Assembly: GCA_964016885.1 (NCBI GenBank)
Contig: OZ024744.1
Span: 108,748,001-108,812,000, forward strand
Length of the DNA: 64,000 nucleotides
From: Eledone cirrhosa
Taxonomy: Eukaryota
Direction: 5' to 3'
The notes beneath the pieces are model-generated. The model made no database searches. It was not told the DNA's origin and saw only the letters and a program-made list of their open reading frames with translations. Both the position numbers and the translations under genes were made by a program. This document shows positions 60,701 through 64,000 of the stretch, piece after piece; within the stretch, counting starts at the first letter, position 1; each line of letters begins with the position of its first letter.

Positions 60701-63700
60701 ACAGGCTATACAACAGTACAAGCTATACAACAGTACAGGCTATACAACAGTACAGGCTATACAACAGTACAAACTATACAACAGTACAAGCTATACAACA
60801 GTACAGGCTATACAACAGTACAGGCTATACAACAGTACAGGCTATACAACAATACAGGCTATACAACAGTACAGGCTATACAACAGTATAGGCTATACAA
60901 CAGTACAGGCTATACAACAGTACAAGCTATACAACAGTACAGGCTATACAACAGTACAGGCTATACAACAGTACAGGCTATACAACAGTACCGGCTATAC
61001 AACAGTACAAGCTATACAACAGTACAAGTTATACAACAGTACAGGCTATACAACAGTACAAGCTATACAACAGGACAGGCTATACAACAGTACAAGCTAT
61101 ACAACAGTACAGGCTATACAACAGTACAGGCTATACAACAGTACAGGCTATACAACAGTACAGTCTATACAACAGTACAGGCTATACAACAGTACAAGCT
61201 ATACAACAGTACAAGCTATACAACAGTACAGGCTATACAACAGTACAAGCTATACAACAGTACAGGCTATACAACAGTACAGGCTATACAACAGTACAGG
61301 CTATACAACAGTACAGGCTATACAACAGTACCGGCTATACAACAGTACAAGCTATACAACAGTACAAGTTATACAACAGTACAGGCTATACAACAGTACG
61401 ACCTATACAACAGGACAGGCTATATAACAGTACAAGCTATACAACAGTACAGGCTATACAACAGTACAGGCTATACAACAGTACAGGCTATACAACAGTA
61501 CAGGCTATACAACAGTACAGGCTATACAACAGTACAGGCTATACAACAGTACAGGCTATACAACAGTACAGGCTATACAACAGTACAGGCTATAGAACAG
61601 TACAGGCTATACAACAGTACAGGCTATACAACAGTACAAGCTATACAACAGTACAGGCTATACGACAGTAGAGCTATAAAACAGTACAGGCTATACAACA
61701 GTACAGGCTATACAACAGTACAGGCTATACAACAGTACAGGCTATACAACAGTACAGGCTATACAACAGTACAGGCTATACAACAGTACAGGCTATACAA
61801 CAGTACAGTCTATACAACAGTACAGGCTATACAACAGTAGAGCTATACAACAGTACAGGCTATACAACAGTACAGTCTATACAACAGTACAGGCTATACA
61901 ACAGTAGAGCTATACAACAGTACAAGCTATACAACAGTACAGGCTATACAACAGTACAGGCTATACAACAGTACGGGCTATACAACAATACAGGCTATAC
62001 AACAGTACAGGCTATACAACAGTACAGGCTATACAACAGTACAGGCTATACAACAGTACAAGCTATACAACAGTACAGGCTATACAACATTAGAGCTATA
62101 CAACAGTACAAGCTATACAACAGTACAGGCTATACAACAGTACAAGCTATACAACAGTACAGGCTATACAACAGTACAGACTATACAACAATACAGGCTA
62201 TACAACAGTACAGGCTATACAACAGTACAGGCTATACAACAGTACAGGCTATATAACAGTACAGGCTATACAACAGTACAGGCTATACAACAGTACAGGC
62301 TATACAACAGTACAGGCTATACAACAGTACAGGCTATACAACTCTACAGGCTATACAACAGTACAAGCTATACAACAGTACAGGCTATACAACAGTACAG
62401 GCTATACAACAGTACAGTCTATACAACAGTACAAGCTATACAACAGTACAAGCTATACAACAGTACAAGCTATACAACAGTACAGGCTATACAACAGTAG
62501 AGCTATACAACAGTACAGGCTATACAACAGTACAGGCTATACAACAGTACAGGCTATACAACAGTACAAGGTATACAACAGTACAGGCTATACAACAGTA
62601 CAAGCTATACAACAGTACAGGCTATACAACAGTACAGGCTATACAACAGTACAGGCTATACAACAGTACAAGCTATACAACAGTACAAGCTATACAACAG
62701 TACAGGCTATACAACAGTAGAGCTATACAACAGTACAAGCTATACAACAGTACAGGCTATACAACAGTACAGGCTATACAACAGTACAAGCTATACAACA
62801 GTACAAGCTATACAACAGTACAGGCTATACAACAGTACAGGCTATACAACAGTACAAGCTATACAACAGTACAAGCTATACAACAGTACAGGCTATACAA
62901 CAGTACAGACTATACAACAATACAGGCTATACAACAGTACAGGCTATACAACAGTACAGGCTATACAACAGTACAAGCTATACAACAGTACAGGCTATTC
63001 AACAGTACAGGCTATACAACAATACAGGCTATACAACAGTACAGGCTATACAACAGTACAAGGTATACAACAGTACAGGCTATACAACAGTACAAACTAT
63101 ACAACAGTACAGGCTATACAACAATACAGGCTATACAACAGTACAGGCTATACAACAGTAGAGCTATACAACAGTACAGGCTATACAACAGTACAGGCTA
63201 TACAACAGTAGAGCTATACAATAGTACAGGCTATACAACAGTACAGGCTATACAACAGTAGAGCTATACAACAGTACCAGCTATACAACAGTACAAGCTA
63301 TACAACAGTACAGGCTATACAACAGTACAGGCTATACAACAGTACAAGCTATACAACAGTACAGCTATACAACAGTACAGCTATACAACAGTACAGGCTA
63401 TACAACAGTACAAGCTCTACAACAGTACGAGCTATACAACAGTACAGGCTATACAACAGTACAGGCTATACAACAGTACAGGCTATACGACAGTACAAGC
63501 TATACAACAGTACAGTCTATACAACAGTACAAGCTATACAACACTACAGGCTATACAACAGTACAAGCTATACAACAGTACAAGCTATACAACAGTACAG
63601 GCTATACAACAGTACAAGCTATACAACAGTACAAGGTATACAACAGTACAGGCTATACAACAGTACAAGCTATACAACAGTACAGGCTATACAACAGTAC

Positions 63701-64000
63701 AAGCTATACAACAGTACAGGCTATACAACAGTACAGGCTATACAACAGTACAAGCTATACAACAGTACAAGCTATACAACAGTACAGGCTATACAACAGT
63801 ACAGGCTATACAACAGTACAAGCTATACAACAGTACAAGCTATACAACAGTACAGGCTATACAACAGTACAAACTATACAACAGTACAAGCTATACAACA
63901 GTACAGGCTATACAACAGTACAGGCTATACAACAGTACAGGCTATACAACAATACAGGCTATACAACAGTACAGGCTATACAACAGTACAGGCTATACAA
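12796..64000 (+). repeat. 17-bp satellite DNA array, consensus GCTATACAACAGTACAR, >51 kb, about 3000 monomers, runs off the window end
   Basis: Uninterrupted head-to-tail monomers in one orientation. The two major variants are ..ACAG and ..ACAA. Recurrent 16-bp variants occur (gtagagct, gtacagct). No inserted foreign sequence was seen. Confidence 0.99.

Noticed and set aside
12796-64000. A/G monomer alternation as a code, or the array as a telomeric repeat
   Set aside because: The variant order is explained by block duplications. The monomer is heterogeneous and lacks a telomere-like G-run strand.

Overview
Eukaryotic, gene-free, repeat-saturated DNA. From recalled SINE motifs and microsatellite density it is probably cephalopod/Octopus-like (inference). 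Bases 1-12.8 kb are a mosaic of decayed mobile elements separated by (TA)n/(CA)n/(GA)n microsatellites: an RTE-like LINE 3' end with C2H2 zinc fingers (one finger amplified into a 74-bp minisatellite), a CRE-like RLE fragment, a Helitron PIF1 helicase remnant, a non-coding element with 320-bp TGTAG..CTACA direct repeats, an RTE fragment with a PHD finger, a Penelope-like (PLE) RT/GIY-YIG remnant, and SINE fragments. Bases ~12.8-64 kb are one 17-bp satellite (GCTATACAACAGTACAR, about 3000 copies) with kb-scale internal duplications; all long ORFs there are repeat artefacts. The most interesting signal is a cluster of short, (TA)n-embedded, often fold-back non-coding elements. They carry six complete minimal type I hammerhead ribozyme motifs from four sequence families, and a conserved tACTC..CCT..GAGTGCtt tail motif recurs among them. 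They look like non-autonomous PLE-derived (retrozyme-like) elements. No intact host gene was found.
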